A stretch of 64,000 bases of DNA from a virus (IMGVR_UViG_3300009431_000002:1-64000); one strand, 5' to 3'; shown: positions 15,674-24,715, counted from the first letter of the stretch. Numbers and translations: made by a program. Notes: generated by a model not told the origin, from the sequence alone.

Positions 15674-15749
15674 GTGGGCATGGCGCAGTCGGTGGCGCGT
15701 CGGGTTGCCAATCCGAAGGTCGCGGGTTCGAGCCCCGCTGCCCACACCA
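15674..15749 (+). tRNA. tRNA-Gly(GCC) with atypical acceptor
   Basis: TCGGG-TT GCC AA-TCCGA; U2:A71, A73; CCA. Confidence 0.87.
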
Positions 15750-15757
15750 ACAGCTTT

Positions 15758-15846
15758 GCGAGCGTGGCGGAATTGGTATACGCGCCGGATTCAAAATCCG
15801 GTGGTCCTTCGCGGCCGTGCAGGTTCGATGCCTGCCGCTCGCACCA
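15758..15846 (+). tRNA. tRNA-Leu(CAA)
   Basis: CCGGA-TT CAA AA-TCCGG; long variable arm; CCA. Confidence 0.95.
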
Positions 15847-15848
15847 GA

Positions 15849-15924
15849 TGGGGAGTAGTTCAGTTGGTAGAACGGTTGGCTCTGGACCAGCATGTCGGGG
15901 GTTCGAGTCCCTCCTCCCCATCCA
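15849..15924 (+). tRNA. tRNA-Gln(CTG)
   Basis: GTTGG-CT CTG GA-CCAGC; U1:A72; CCA. Confidence 0.93.
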
Positions 15925-15981
15925 TCGTGAAACCCGGCTCGAAATCGGGATAAGGGCCCCGAACCCGAAGCAGGAGGTAGC

Positions 15982-18060
15982 ATGCCCGAATTCAAGCCGT
16001 TCGCCGAGCTTGTCCGATCCGCGTTCCAGGAGATGGCCGCCGGTGGGCTCTTCGTCGTCAACATCAGTGGGGACGACCTGTACGAGTCCTACCTGGGTGC
16101 GTTCCCGGACGGCACCAATCCCGTCTTCCGTGAGCGCACCGAGCACGACTGCAGCAGCTGCAAGCACTTCATCCGCCGCGTGGGCATGGTCATCGACCAG
16201 GACCGCAACACGGTCTGGGACAAGGCCGCCCGAACGGCCGAGTACCCCTACAACGAGGTGGCCTCCGACCTGGCCGCCATGGTCAAGGCCGCTCCGATCC
16301 GCGACGTCTTCCGCGTCCAGGAGAGCGGCATCGGCACCGCCATGAACCGCGGCGTGAGCCCGTCGGGCCAGGTCGAGCGCTGGCACCACTTCCACACCGG
16401 CAGCATCCCGAAGCGCTTCCGCGCGGCGAGCCCGGGGGAGGCCCAGGGCGCGTACCGCACCACCGTCCAGGTCTTCCGGCGCGGGCTGGAGGAGCTGACC
16501 ACCGACGCCCTGGAGACCGTGCTGGCGCTGATCGACGCCAACAACCTCTATCGGGGCGAGGAGCACCGCGAGAAGGTGGCGGGCTTCCTCAAGACGCAGC
16601 AGGAGTTCCTCGACCTCGGCGCCGTTGACCGGGAGCGCTTCGTCTGGGCACGCGCCGACGACCCGGCCACCCGCTTCCGCAACACCGCCATCGGCACCCT
16701 GGTCCAGGACCTGAGCGAGGGCATGGACGTCACGAAGGCGGTCAAGCGGTTCGAGGCGAAGGTCGCGCCGGAGAACTACAAGCGCACCTCGGCCGTCATC
16801 ACCCCCGGCATGGTCAAGGAGGCCATGAAGACCATCACGACGATGGATCTGGAGCCCGCCCTGGAGCGGCGGTTCGCCCGCGTCGAGGACGTCAACGTCA
16901 ACGACGTGCTGTGGGTGGACAACCAGGTCAAGCCGCTGATGGCCGGCGGCCTCGGCGACATGCTCATGGACCACGCCCAGGCAGCGCAGGGCTACGAGCT
17001 CGACGAGAAGCGCGCCGAGGACATCGCCGTCGACGAGTTCCTGGCCAGCGTGCTCCCCGAGGCCGCGGCCGTGGAGCTGCTGCTGAAGACCGCGCACCTG
17101 GGCAACCTGATGTCGCTCACGGCGCCGGTCCACCCGGCGCCCCACCAGCTGTTCCAGTGGGACAACGACTTCGCCTGGTCCTACGCCGGCAACATGGCCG
17201 ACTCCGAGCTGCGCAAGCGCGTGTCCGCCGCCGGCGGACGCGTGGACGGGGCGTTCCGCTTCTCTCACTCGTGGAACCACGACAAGCGCAACGCCTCGCT
17301 GATGGACCTCCACGTCTTCATGCCCGGGAACGGGACCTCGTACTCCCGGCCCGGGACCACCCACGACGTCTACGGCAACAACGAGCGCGTGGGGTGGAAC
17401 CACCGACAGCATCCCAGGTCCGGCGGCGTCCAGGACGTGGACTACGTGAAGGAGGCGCCTCCCGGGTACATCCCCGTCGAGAACATCACGTTCCCCGACA
17501 TCACGCGGATGCGTCCCGGCACGTATATCTGCAAGATCCACAACTGGCAGCTCCGACAGCCCACGCAGGGCGGCTTCCAGGCCGAGATCGAGTTCGGCGG
17601 GCAGGCGTTCACCTACGAGCACCTGGCACCCCTCAAGCACAAGGAGTGGGTGACGGTCGCCACGGTGACGCTGAAGCATGGCGAGTTCTCCATCGAGCAC
17701 CACCTGCCGTGCGGCACGGCCGCCCAGGAGAAGTGGGGCCTGACGTCCGAGCGGTTCGTCAAGGTCAACTTCGTGACCCTGAGCCCCAACCACTGGGGCG
17801 ACAACGCCGTGGGCAACCGCCACACGCTCTTCGTGCTCGACGGCGCGAAGAACGACGAGCCCTGCCGAGGCATCTACAACGAGTTCCTGCACCCCCGCCT
17901 GATCAAGCACCGCAAGGTGTTCGAGGTCATCGGCGACAAGACGAAGTGCCAGCCCACCGAGGGCCAGCTGTCCGGCGTCGGCTTCTCGTCCACGAAGCGC
18001 GACGCCGTGCTCATCAAGATCGACAACCAGCGCCTGTACCGCGTCCGGTTCGGCGCGTAG
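15982..18060 (+). CDS. Large conserved-looking phage protein (692 aa), function unknown
   Basis: AGGAGG RBS; YLxxFPxGTN...EHDCSSCKHFI N-terminal Cys motif; RFSHSWN...MDLHV C-terminal beta domain. Confidence 0.85.
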   Translation: MPEFKPFAELVRSAFQEMAAGGLFVVNISGDDLYESYLGAFPDGTNPVFRERTEHDCSSCKHFIRRVGMVIDQDRNTVWDKAARTAEYPYNEVASDLAAMVKAAPIRDVFRVQESGIGTAMNRGVSPSGQVERWHHFHTGSIPKRFRAASPGEAQGAYRTTVQVFRRGLEELTTDALETVLALIDANNLYRGEEHREKVAGFLKTQQEFLDLGAVDRERFVWARADDPATRFRNTAIGTLVQDLSEGMDVTKAVKRFEAKVAPENYKRTSAVITPGMVKEAMKTITTMDLEPALERRFARVEDVNVNDVLWVDNQVKPLMAGGLGDMLMDHAQAAQGYELDEKRAEDIAVDEFLASVLPEAAAVELLLKTAHLGNLMSLTAPVHPAPHQLFQWDNDFAWSYAGNMADSELRKRVSAAGGRVDGAFRFSHSWNHDKRNASLMDLHVFMPGNGTSYSRPGTTHDVYGNNERVGWNHRQHPRSGGVQDVDYVKEAPPGYIPVENITFPDITRMRPGTYICKIHNWQLRQPTQGGFQAEIEFGGQAFTYEHLAPLKHKEWVTVATVTLKHGEFSIEHHLPCGTAAQEKWGLTSERFVKVNFVTLSPNHWGDNAVGNRHTLFVLDGAKNDEPCRGIYNEFLHPRLIKHRKVFEVIGDKTKCQPTEGQLSGVGFSSTKRDAVLIKIDNQRLYRVRFGA

Positions 18061-18071
18061 AGAGGAGAACT

Positions 18072-18485
18072 ATGGACACCGCCAAGATGTACGAGGTCGC
18101 GCTCCGCAACAAGCTCCGGTTCGAGAGCCCCAAGGGCCCGCTGAGCCTGGAGCACCTGTGGGACGTGCCGCTGCGCTCCCGCACCAACTTCAACCTGGAC
18201 ACCATCGCCCGGACCGCCAGCCGCGATCTCAAGGAGACGTCCGAGGAGAGCTTCGTCGCCACGCGCAAGAGCCCGAAGCAGACGCTGGCCGAGGTCAAGC
18301 TCGAGCTCGTCAAGCACGTCATCGCGGTCAAGCTCGCCGAGGAGGAGAAGGCCGAGAAGCGCGCCGACGCCGTCAAGCGCAAGGAGAAGCTGACGGAGAT
18401 CCTGGAGCGCAAGCAGGACGCCAAGTTCGAGGAGATGGACGAGGCCGCCATCCGCAAGGAGCTCGCCGAGCTCGACGCCTCCTGA
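18072..18485 (+). CDS. Phage protein with coiled-coil C-terminus, partner of the 692-aa gene
   Basis: RBS GAGGAG; KLRFESPKGPLSLEHLWDVPL. Confidence 0.85.
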   Translation: MDTAKMYEVALRNKLRFESPKGPLSLEHLWDVPLRSRTNFNLDTIARTASRDLKETSEESFVATRKSPKQTLAEVKLELVKHVIAVKLAEEEKAEKRADAVKRKEKLTEILERKQDAKFEEMDEAAIRKELAELDAS

Positions 18486-18496
18486 CCCCACGCCCT

Positions 18497-18525
18497 GGGA
18501 GGGCCGGCACGCCGCCGGTCCTCCC
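18497..18525. terminator. Hairpin between convergent units
   Basis: GGGAGGGCCGGC-acgcc-GCCGGTCCTCCC. Confidence 0.55.
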
Positions 18526-18537
18526 GTTAGCTCGGAA

Positions 18538-18622
18538 TGGCGGAGAGGGTGGGAATCGAACCCACACGCCCGAAGACACGAGGTCCTGAACCCCGCGCGT
18601 CTACCAATTCCGCCACTCTCCC
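18538..18622 (-). tRNA. tRNA-Leu(CAG) copy with a Ser-like 3' end (chimera, G73)
   Basis: 5' part near-identical to 15328 copy; 3' end CCCTCTCC G CCA; acceptor pairs only as 6 bp GGAGAG/CTCTCC. Confidence 0.75.
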
Positions 18623-18677
18623 ACACGCACTTCTCCCGCCCCCGGCTACCCGGGGTTCGGGCGTACGGGGGCGGCGA

Positions 18678-18737
18678 CTACTGGATACCCAGAAGCTGGA
18701 GCGACAATCCGAGGACTTGGATGTCGGAGACGTGCAT
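18678..18737 (-). CDS. Leaderless leader peptide MHVSDIQVLGLSLQLLGIQ (duplicate Leu leader)
   Basis: 6 nt after TTGACA-17-TGTAGT; paralog of 15215-15271. Confidence 0.8.
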   Translation of the reverse strand: MHVSDIQVLGLSLQLLGIQ

Positions 18738-18743
18738 GGGGGC

Positions 18744-18772
18744 ACTACAGCACGGCCCGCCAAGCGTGTCAA
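18744..18772 (-). promoter_or_regulatory. Promoter TTGACA-17-TGTAGT
   Basis: Read directly. Confidence 0.65.
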
Positions 18773-18815
18773 GTTCTCGGTATAAGACGGATGAACCTAA
18801 CCACGAGAGGTAACC

Positions 18816-19472
18816 ATGACCACCTGGACCGTTATCGTTGGCAACATCGGCACCGTCTACGAGGGGTGCAACAGCCACGAGGCGCAGCAGTCGTACAAGA
18901 CCTACGTCAGCCTCTCCCAGCAGGGGTACGGCCGGGGGGGTGACGAGGTCGTAACCCTCATCAAGGGCGAGGAGATCGTGCAGGAGCATCTCCCCGACCT
19001 CGACGAGCCCCACAAGGTGAGCGAGGGCACGGACGCCCATGCCTACTACCGCGCTCTGCAGCGGGCCGAGGGGGAACTCCACCAGCTCCAGAAGGACCAC
19101 CGGACCACCCTGGCCCACACCCTGGCCCACAACCAGGCGCAGTCCAAGAAGCTCACCGAGCTGGGCAATACCGTCTCAGCACTGAAGAGCCTACTGCGCA
19201 AGATGGCCGAGCAGCGGCTGCTCGACAAGATTCACCACTTCAGCAGGGACGCCTCCATCGTCCCCAGCGGTCTCCCCGAGGCCAACACCAGCAGCGAGGA
19301 GGAGAGGGCTGCGCTGCGCGCACTCCAGTCCCAAGGCTTGGTGGAGCGAGTGGGGGAACAGCGCTGGGCGGCGTATCGCCTGACCTACGAGGGGCGTACC
19401 CGACGCGACTACCTGCACAACCACTACAACCTCGACGCATCGCTGATGCGCTACCTGACGGAGAACACATGA
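18816..19472 (+). CDS. Hypothetical protein (coiled coil, possible C-terminal winged helix)
   Basis: RBS GAGG; coupled to next gene. Confidence 0.7.
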   Translation: MTTWTVIVGNIGTVYEGCNSHEAQQSYKTYVSLSQQGYGRGGDEVVTLIKGEEIVQEHLPDLDEPHKVSEGTDAHAYYRALQRAEGELHQLQKDHRTTLAHTLAHNQAQSKKLTELGNTVSALKSLLRKMAEQRLLDKIHHFSRDASIVPSGLPEANTSSEEERAALRALQSQGLVERVGEQRWAAYRLTYEGRTRRDYLHNHYNLDASLMRYLTENT

Positions 19473-20713
19473 AGACTGCAACGCTACTCGGCCTCGAAGC
19501 CCAACAGATCAACATCCTCGTGAGCAGGGAGCCCAGCGCGGGCCACAGGTTCTGGATCATCGGACTACCCGCTCACGCTACCGGGGAGACCGCCGCGAGA
19601 GTTCGCGCTGCCATCGTGGCCAGCGGATACGAGTTCCCGTCTGGGGTCTCCGTGCGGCTGTTCCCCGACGACGTGCCCAAGTACGGCACCCACTACGACC
19701 TGCCCATCGCCCTGGCCATCATCGACGCCCTCTACCTCGCCAAGGTGCACTTCACCTCCCACTACCTGCCCGTGGGCGAGCTGGGACTGAACGGTGAGGT
19801 GCGGCCCGTCCGCGGCGTGCTGGCCATGCGCTCGGCGGAGGATCTCAACACCAGTGGAGTCCTCTGCCCCTACGACAACATCGCCCAGGCGGCCATGTAC
19901 CCCGGCGGGGTCGGCAGCGTCTTCGGCGTCCGCACCCTGCAGGAAGCCGTCGCCTACGCCAGCGGGGAGATCGCCGACCCCACTCCGCCTCCTGTGCCGG
20001 TCCCGCCCTCCCAGGACGTCGTCGACATGTACGACGTAAGGGGCCATAAACGGGCCAAAAGGGCTATGGAGGCGGCTGCCGTCAATGGCGCCAACATCCT
20101 CCTGCAGGGACCGGCTGGCTGCGGCAAGACCATGCTGGCCCGCCGGTTCCCTACCATCCTACCTACCATGCACGCGGTGGAGGAGCACGGCGTGGCGCGC
20201 ATCTTCAGCGCCTCCGGTCTGACGGCTCCTGGCGCCGCGGCCTACGTGACCACGAGGCCCTTCCGCGCGCCGCACCACACGTGCTCAGCGCAGGCCCTCG
20301 TGGGCGGTGGGGTGCCTGTCCGCCCCGGCGAGGTCACGCTGGCCCACAACGGAGTGCTCTTCCTGGACGAGCTGCCCGAGTTCCCGCGGGCCGCCATCGA
20401 CGCCCTGCGGCAGCCGCTGAGGGAGAAGAGGGTCACCTTCGCCCGTGCGGGCATGGTCTACGAGTTCCCCGCCAGCTTCCAGCTGGTGGCCGCGGCCAAC
20501 CACTGCCCCTGTGGGAGATTGATGCAGCAGTGCACCTGCAGCAGTGCCGAGCTGCGCCGGTACACGGCGCGCGTCGATGAGCTGGTGGACAAGCTGGAGC
20601 TGGAGGTCATCCAGGTGAAGGGGGCCAACCCCTACCAGCTGTACGACGAGCCCAAGGGCGAAACATCGGAGACCATCCGGGAGCGGGTGGAGGAGGCACG
20701 AAGAAATGACTGA
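19469..20713 (+). CDS. comM: YifB/ComM family Mg-chelatase-like AAA+ ATPase, C-terminally shortened
   Basis: Lon-like N-domain (IGLP...YDLPIALAI), Walker A GPAGCGKT, PFRAPHHT, Walker B LFLDELPEF, CPCG...CTC. Confidence 0.9.
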   Translation: MKTATLLGLEAQQINILVSREPSAGHRFWIIGLPAHATGETAARVRAAIVASGYEFPSGVSVRLFPDDVPKYGTHYDLPIALAIIDALYLAKVHFTSHYLPVGELGLNGEVRPVRGVLAMRSAEDLNTSGVLCPYDNIAQAAMYPGGVGSVFGVRTLQEAVAYASGEIADPTPPPVPVPPSQDVVDMYDVRGHKRAKRAMEAAAVNGANILLQGPAGCGKTMLARRFPTILPTMHAVEEHGVARIFSASGLTAPGAAAYVTTRPFRAPHHTCSAQALVGGGVPVRPGEVTLAHNGVLFLDELPEFPRAAIDALRQPLREKRVTFARAGMVYEFPASFQLVAAANHCPCGRLMQQCTCSSAELRRYTARVDELVDKLELEVIQVKGANPYQLYDEPKGETSETIRERVEEARRND

Positions 20714-21404
20714 CAACTACCAGCAGTGGAGCGAGATCATCGAGGATCTGACGGGCGAGGAGATCGCCTGGATCAACGAAGACCTCCTCCGGTTCAGTCC
20801 GGGGGAAGACGGAGGCATCATCGAGCGTGGCGGGGACACCCTGCTGCTCATCGACAAGAACGGCAACTGGACTCCGCTGGGAGAGCAGTGGCGCGAGAAG
20901 CACCCGGCGTTCACCGAGGACGACTACGCCTGGCCCAGCTTCGACTGGTCCATCAGCACCTACAAGGGAGAGCCCCACATCTGGTTCCGGGGCGACTCCG
21001 GCTGCAACCTGGAGCACCTCGCTGACTTCGTGCACAGGTTCATCAAGAAGTTCCGCCCAGACATGATCTTCAAGCTCACCTGGGCCGAGTGGTGCTCTGG
21101 CCCCCGTGTCGGCGAGTTCGGCGGCGGCTGGTTCGTCGCGCACAAGGGTGGCGTGGAGTGGGGGAACACCTACGAGGACACCAAGATCTGCGCCGACCGG
21201 ATCAAGCACCCCTGGCTGACCGACAGGGTCCAGTTCGCCCGTCTCCTCTGCGAGATGAGCGCCCTGGGACTGCCGGACGGTGAGGACAACTGGGATCTCT
21301 TCAACGACCTGAAGGAGAACATGGACCTCACCGACAATGACATCGACGAGCTGTTCGAGCGCGCCCACAAAGTGTGGGAGGACGCGAAGGAGAGGATGAC
21401 GTAA
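20706..21404 (+). CDS. Hypothetical protein
   Basis: Coupled ORF with typical codon bias. Confidence 0.7.
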   Translation: MTDNYQQWSEIIEDLTGEEIAWINEDLLRFSPGEDGGIIERGGDTLLLIDKNGNWTPLGEQWREKHPAFTEDDYAWPSFDWSISTYKGEPHIWFRGDSGCNLEHLADFVHRFIKKFRPDMIFKLTWAEWCSGPRVGEFGGGWFVAHKGGVEWGNTYEDTKICADRIKHPWLTDRVQFARLLCEMSALGLPDGEDNWDLFNDLKENMDLTDNDIDELFERAHKVWEDAKERMT

Positions 21405-21718
21405 TGGAGGTGCACCCACCTGTGCGGGTGTTCTGCTTCGAGTGTGGAGACGAGATCGAGGTGGTGGACACACAACGAGAAGAAGACGGCTCGCTGTCTG
21501 TCAGCATCTCCGGTGCCTGTGAGCGCGAGTGCCAGCAGGCGGCAGAGAAGTCCTCCTGGGCGGCGCACCAGCGCGAACAGCAGATACAAGAGAGGGCCGA
21601 CCGCCTACTCCGTGAGGAGCGGCAGAACGCCGAAACCGAGCGGTTCCTGCGCGATGAGCGCGACCGCAAAAACAAACAGGATCGCGCCTTCTGGCGCGCG
21701 ATGGGATGGAACCGATGA
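21404..21718 (+). CDS. Hypothetical protein (CxxC Zn ribbon, coiled coil)
   Basis: TAATG coupling; CFEC and CEREC. Confidence 0.6.
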   Translation: MEVHPPVRVFCFECGDEIEVVDTQREEDGSLSVSISGACERECQQAAEKSSWAAHQREQQIQERADRLLREERQNAETERFLRDERDRKNKQDRAFWRAMGWNR

Positions 21719-21951
21719 TCCTGCCTGGCTACAAGACCAACTACGAGACCCTGCTCCGCGCCGCCAAGGCTGGCGACCTGGCGCTGGTGGAGTGCACCAG
21801 CATCGAGACCGGAGAGCCCGTCTTCGTGATCTGTAGCGTCCACGTGAGCGATGGCGAGTACGTCATGACTCCACTGGCCAAGATGTTCGACGGCAACCCC
21901 TACGAGGAGGTGGCTCCTCCCAGCTCGGAGAGGCCAGAGAATGAGAGCTAG
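21715..21951 (+). CDS. Hypothetical protein
   Basis: ATGA coupling. Confidence 0.65.
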   Translation: MILPGYKTNYETLLRAAKAGDLALVECTSIETGEPVFVICSVHVSDGEYVMTPLAKMFDGNPYEEVAPPSSERPENES

Positions 21952-22141
21952 GGTCACCGCCACCCTCGACAAGCGCGTGCTGGCGCTACTCAAGGAGGAG
22001 GCAGCCCGTATGAACACGTCGGTCTCACACTTGATCGAGCGGAGCATCTGGAGGGCAATCAACTCCCCCGAAGGGCTAGGTGTGGACGATGTCGACGAAG
22101 CCATCAACAGGTACAAGGAAAGGAAAGATCATGCCGACTGA
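21941..22141 (+). CDS. Ribbon-helix-helix (CopG-like) DNA-binding protein
   Basis: RVTATLDKRVLALLKEEAARMNTSVSHLIE pattern. Confidence 0.65.
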   Translation: MRARVTATLDKRVLALLKEEAARMNTSVSHLIERSIWRAINSPEGLGVDDVDEAINRYKERKDHAD

Positions 22142-22143
22142 GG

Positions 22144-22587
22144 ATGGGCAGCATGCTACTTCGTGAGGCGCGGGTCACCTACACCAGCAGGCGCATCGAC
22201 CTGAAGCGCAAGTCCCTCAAGGGTTCCCAGGAGGCGTACGACGTGGTGAAGCACATCTTCACCCCGGGAGACCCCCAGGAGCGCTTCTACGTCGTCCTGC
22301 TGAACGCCAAGCACATGTACGAGGGCCACGCGCTGGTGTCTGTGGGGACTCTGGACGCAGCCATCGTTCACCCCCGAGACGTGTTCCGCCCCGCCGTTGC
22401 ACAGAGCAGCGCACTTGTAATCCTGGCCCACTACCACCCCTCGGGCGACCCAACACCTTCCGCAGAAGACGTGGCCGTCACCAAGCGGCTGGTCGCTGCG
22501 GGGGAGGTTCTGGGCATCGACGTACTGGACCACTTGATCATCTCGGATGAGAGCTGGTGCTCCATGCGGGACAGAGGAGAGATATGA
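22144..22587 (+). CDS. radC: RadC-like JAB domain protein
   Basis: VHPRDVF...AHYHPSGDPTPSAED...LDHLII. Confidence 0.9.
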   Translation: MGSMLLREARVTYTSRRIDLKRKSLKGSQEAYDVVKHIFTPGDPQERFYVVLLNAKHMYEGHALVSVGTLDAAIVHPRDVFRPAVAQSSALVILAHYHPSGDPTPSAEDVAVTKRLVAAGEVLGIDVLDHLIISDESWCSMRDRGEI

Positions 22588-22760
22588 GCATCGCCATCAC
22601 CGGGACCCCCAACCGGGAGCGCACCTACGACGCGGGCTTCGGCGGCGCGGACAACCCTTTCCCCGACGACCCCGAGCTGTCCCGCTACTACGAGCTGGGG
22701 CGGCGGTGCCGAACCGATTGGCGGATGGAGCAGGCGATGGGCCGAATGGAGGCCCAGTGA
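22584..22760 (+). CDS. Small hypothetical protein
   Basis: Coupled to neighbours. Confidence 0.55.
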   Translation: MSIAITGTPNRERTYDAGFGGADNPFPDDPELSRYYELGRRCRTDWRMEQAMGRMEAQ

Positions 22761-22966
22761 CCGACCCCAAACAACTGGCCCGGGACCTGTTGCGGGACTT
22801 CGTCAGCGACATGCGCTGGGCCAAGAAGCAGGACGTCGCGTACCTCAAGAAGGTCCGCAAGGAGTTCCAGCTCTTCTGGCCCACCAGGCACAACCCCAAG
22901 TTCGACGAGTTTGGCTGGCCCGTAGTGCTGGCTGAGTTCAGCACCTTCAAGGAGGGAACACCATGA
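22757..22966 (+). CDS. Small hypothetical protein
   Basis: GTGA coupling, GGAGG RBS. Confidence 0.6.
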   Translation: MTDPKQLARDLLRDFVSDMRWAKKQDVAYLKKVRKEFQLFWPTRHNPKFDEFGWPVVLAEFSTFKEGTP

Positions 22967-23202
22967 TCACCTGGGACGCCAAGGCTGTCGTAATCTGGTG
23001 CGGTACGTGTACGGCTCATGGCCGGACACTACGGCTCGAAGTCGAACCGTCAACCCTGGTCGTGGCCGATACCGTCTGGTACTGGCGAGTCCGCGACGAG
23101 GAGGGCGCTGTCCAGAAGAACGGGACGCGGCACTCCGCTCTGCAGGCCAAGGCATCCTGTACCCGAGCGGCTAACAAGTACGCCAAGGCGCCGCGGCCGT
23201 GA
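22963..23202 (+). CDS. Small hypothetical protein
   Basis: ATGA coupling, GGAGG RBS. Confidence 0.55.
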   Translation: MITWDAKAVVIWCGTCTAHGRTLRLEVEPSTLVVADTVWYWRVRDEEGAVQKNGTRHSALQAKASCTRAANKYAKAPRP

Positions 23203-23296
23203 GTGTCCTTGACCAACTCTCTGCCGTCTCGTGCATCGCAGTGGCACTGCTGCTCATCCCCTGTGTCGCGCACCTCATCACTGAAAGGAAAGACCG

Positions 23297-23830
23297 TTGA
23301 TCACCTACGAAGACCTGATCCGTCCGCTCAAGGAGGGCGGGCACTACGAAGTGTCCCCCCAGACCATCTACAGCTTCCTGACGCTCGTCAAGAAGGGCGA
23401 CCGGGCGTTGCTCTACCAGGGCCACATGTTCGACAGCAGCCAGATGGGCAAGACGGCCCTGACCGTAGCTGGCCCCGGCCGTACCATCGACGACCCCGAC
23501 AACCCGCCCAAGCGTATCGGCAACGCGCCGTCCAACTTCAAGGAGCTGGAGGGTGAGGTGGACATCCCCAGCCTCCGCGCGGGCATCAAGGACTTCGACC
23601 CCATCTCACGCGAGAAGTGCGTCGCCGCGGCCGAGAAGTACCTCGGAGACGGGCAGCACGGCGAGCTGCTGTGGGAGACCTACCTCTGCACCATCACCAA
23701 TTCGGGCTACCAGGCAAGCGTGAAGGGTGAGATGACCCCGCTCAAGGAGCTGGGCCTCGTCTCGTACCGAGCGAAGTACCCGGCTGGGTGGACGCTCACC
23801 AGCAAGGCCTGGAAGATCCTGGAGGCGTGA
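23297..23830 (+). CDS. Hypothetical protein
   Basis: AAGGA RBS, TTG start, typical codon bias. Confidence 0.65.
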   Translation: MITYEDLIRPLKEGGHYEVSPQTIYSFLTLVKKGDRALLYQGHMFDSSQMGKTALTVAGPGRTIDDPDNPPKRIGNAPSNFKELEGEVDIPSLRAGIKDFDPISREKCVAAAEKYLGDGQHGELLWETYLCTITNSGYQASVKGEMTPLKELGLVSYRAKYPAGWTLTSKAWKILEA

Positions 23831-24012
23831 TGTCCGACGCACAACGCATCGAACAGCTGGAGGAGCAGGTCGCGCGTGTCCGCCTGATGTGCAAGACCCT
23901 GCTGGAGGAGATCGAGGAGAACCCGGTCGCCCAGGTCGGCAACGCGGCCATGGGCATCCGAACCGCTGTACGGGCGATCAACCACGCCCTGGGCGAGACG
24001 GAGGAGCCGTGA
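23830..24012 (+). CDS. Small hypothetical protein
   Basis: TGATG coupling. Confidence 0.6.
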   Translation: MSDAQRIEQLEEQVARVRLMCKTLLEEIEENPVAQVGNAAMGIRTAVRAINHALGETEEP

Positions 24013-24245
24013 GCCGCATCTCCTGCGGCGTCCCCATCTACAAGCCCAACGATGAGTGCCTCTGGTACTACTGGCTCGACGGCAAGCAGGGCTACTACAG
24101 CGGCTGGCTGTGGGCACGTACCCGCATCGGCGCCCGGCGCAAGATCAAGAAGAAGCACCCCAACAACAGCATCGACTCGGTGCTGCACCAAGACCAGTAC
24201 CACGGTCGCAGTCAGCACTGCCCGTTGGACAGAGGAGGACCATGA
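24009..24245 (+). CDS. Small hypothetical protein
   Basis: GTGA coupling. Confidence 0.55.
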   Translation: MSRISCGVPIYKPNDECLWYYWLDGKQGYYSGWLWARTRIGARRKIKKKHPNNSIDSVLHQDQYHGRSQHCPLDRGGP

Positions 24246-24715
24246 GCAAGTTCGACATCGACTTCGAGACTACCCGAGACGGCACGCGGTGCTGGGGCGT
24301 CATCTACAGGGATGGCGAAGAGGTCTGGAGGGACAGGCCCTGGCCTGCCGACGGCAGCGCCCAGCAGGCGGGCTACGAGAAGCTGAAGAAGCTACGAAAG
24401 GCGGAAGCGGTACTGGATGACGCTTCCCAGGAGGCCCCCAAGTCAGCCAACACGGTCTGCCGTGTTGAGTTTCGGCTCTACTACGACGTCCCAGAGCACC
24501 TCGTCAAACGCGCTGGGGACACCATCATCAGCGCCATCGAGTGCATGGTCGCGGACCACGATGTGGTTCCAGAGGTCCGCACACTTCGGGCCGACGAGGT
24601 GGACCAAGACCTAGTGGACTACGCCCTGGGCTTCCTGGACGAAGGCTGCCCCACCTGTGGCGGCAGCCTGGACGACGGCATCTGCATGAGCGGGTGCGAC
24701 AACCTCCTCCCCTGA
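24242..24715 (+). CDS. Hypothetical protein with C-terminal Zn ribbon
   Basis: GAGGA RBS; CPTC...CMSGC. Confidence 0.65.
   Translation: MSKFDIDFETTRDGTRCWGVIYRDGEEVWRDRPWPADGSAQQAGYEKLKKLRKAEAVLDDASQEAPKSANTVCRVEFRLYYDVPEHLVKRAGDTIISAIECMVADHDVVPEVRTLRADEVDQDLVDYALGFLDEGCPTCGGSLDDGICMSGCDNLLP

Noticed and set aside
14057-15954. ORFs called across tRNA clusters (also 24836-25128 and 26028-26677)
   Set aside because: They translate tRNA sequence (GSSP/GSNP from T-loops) and are not real genes
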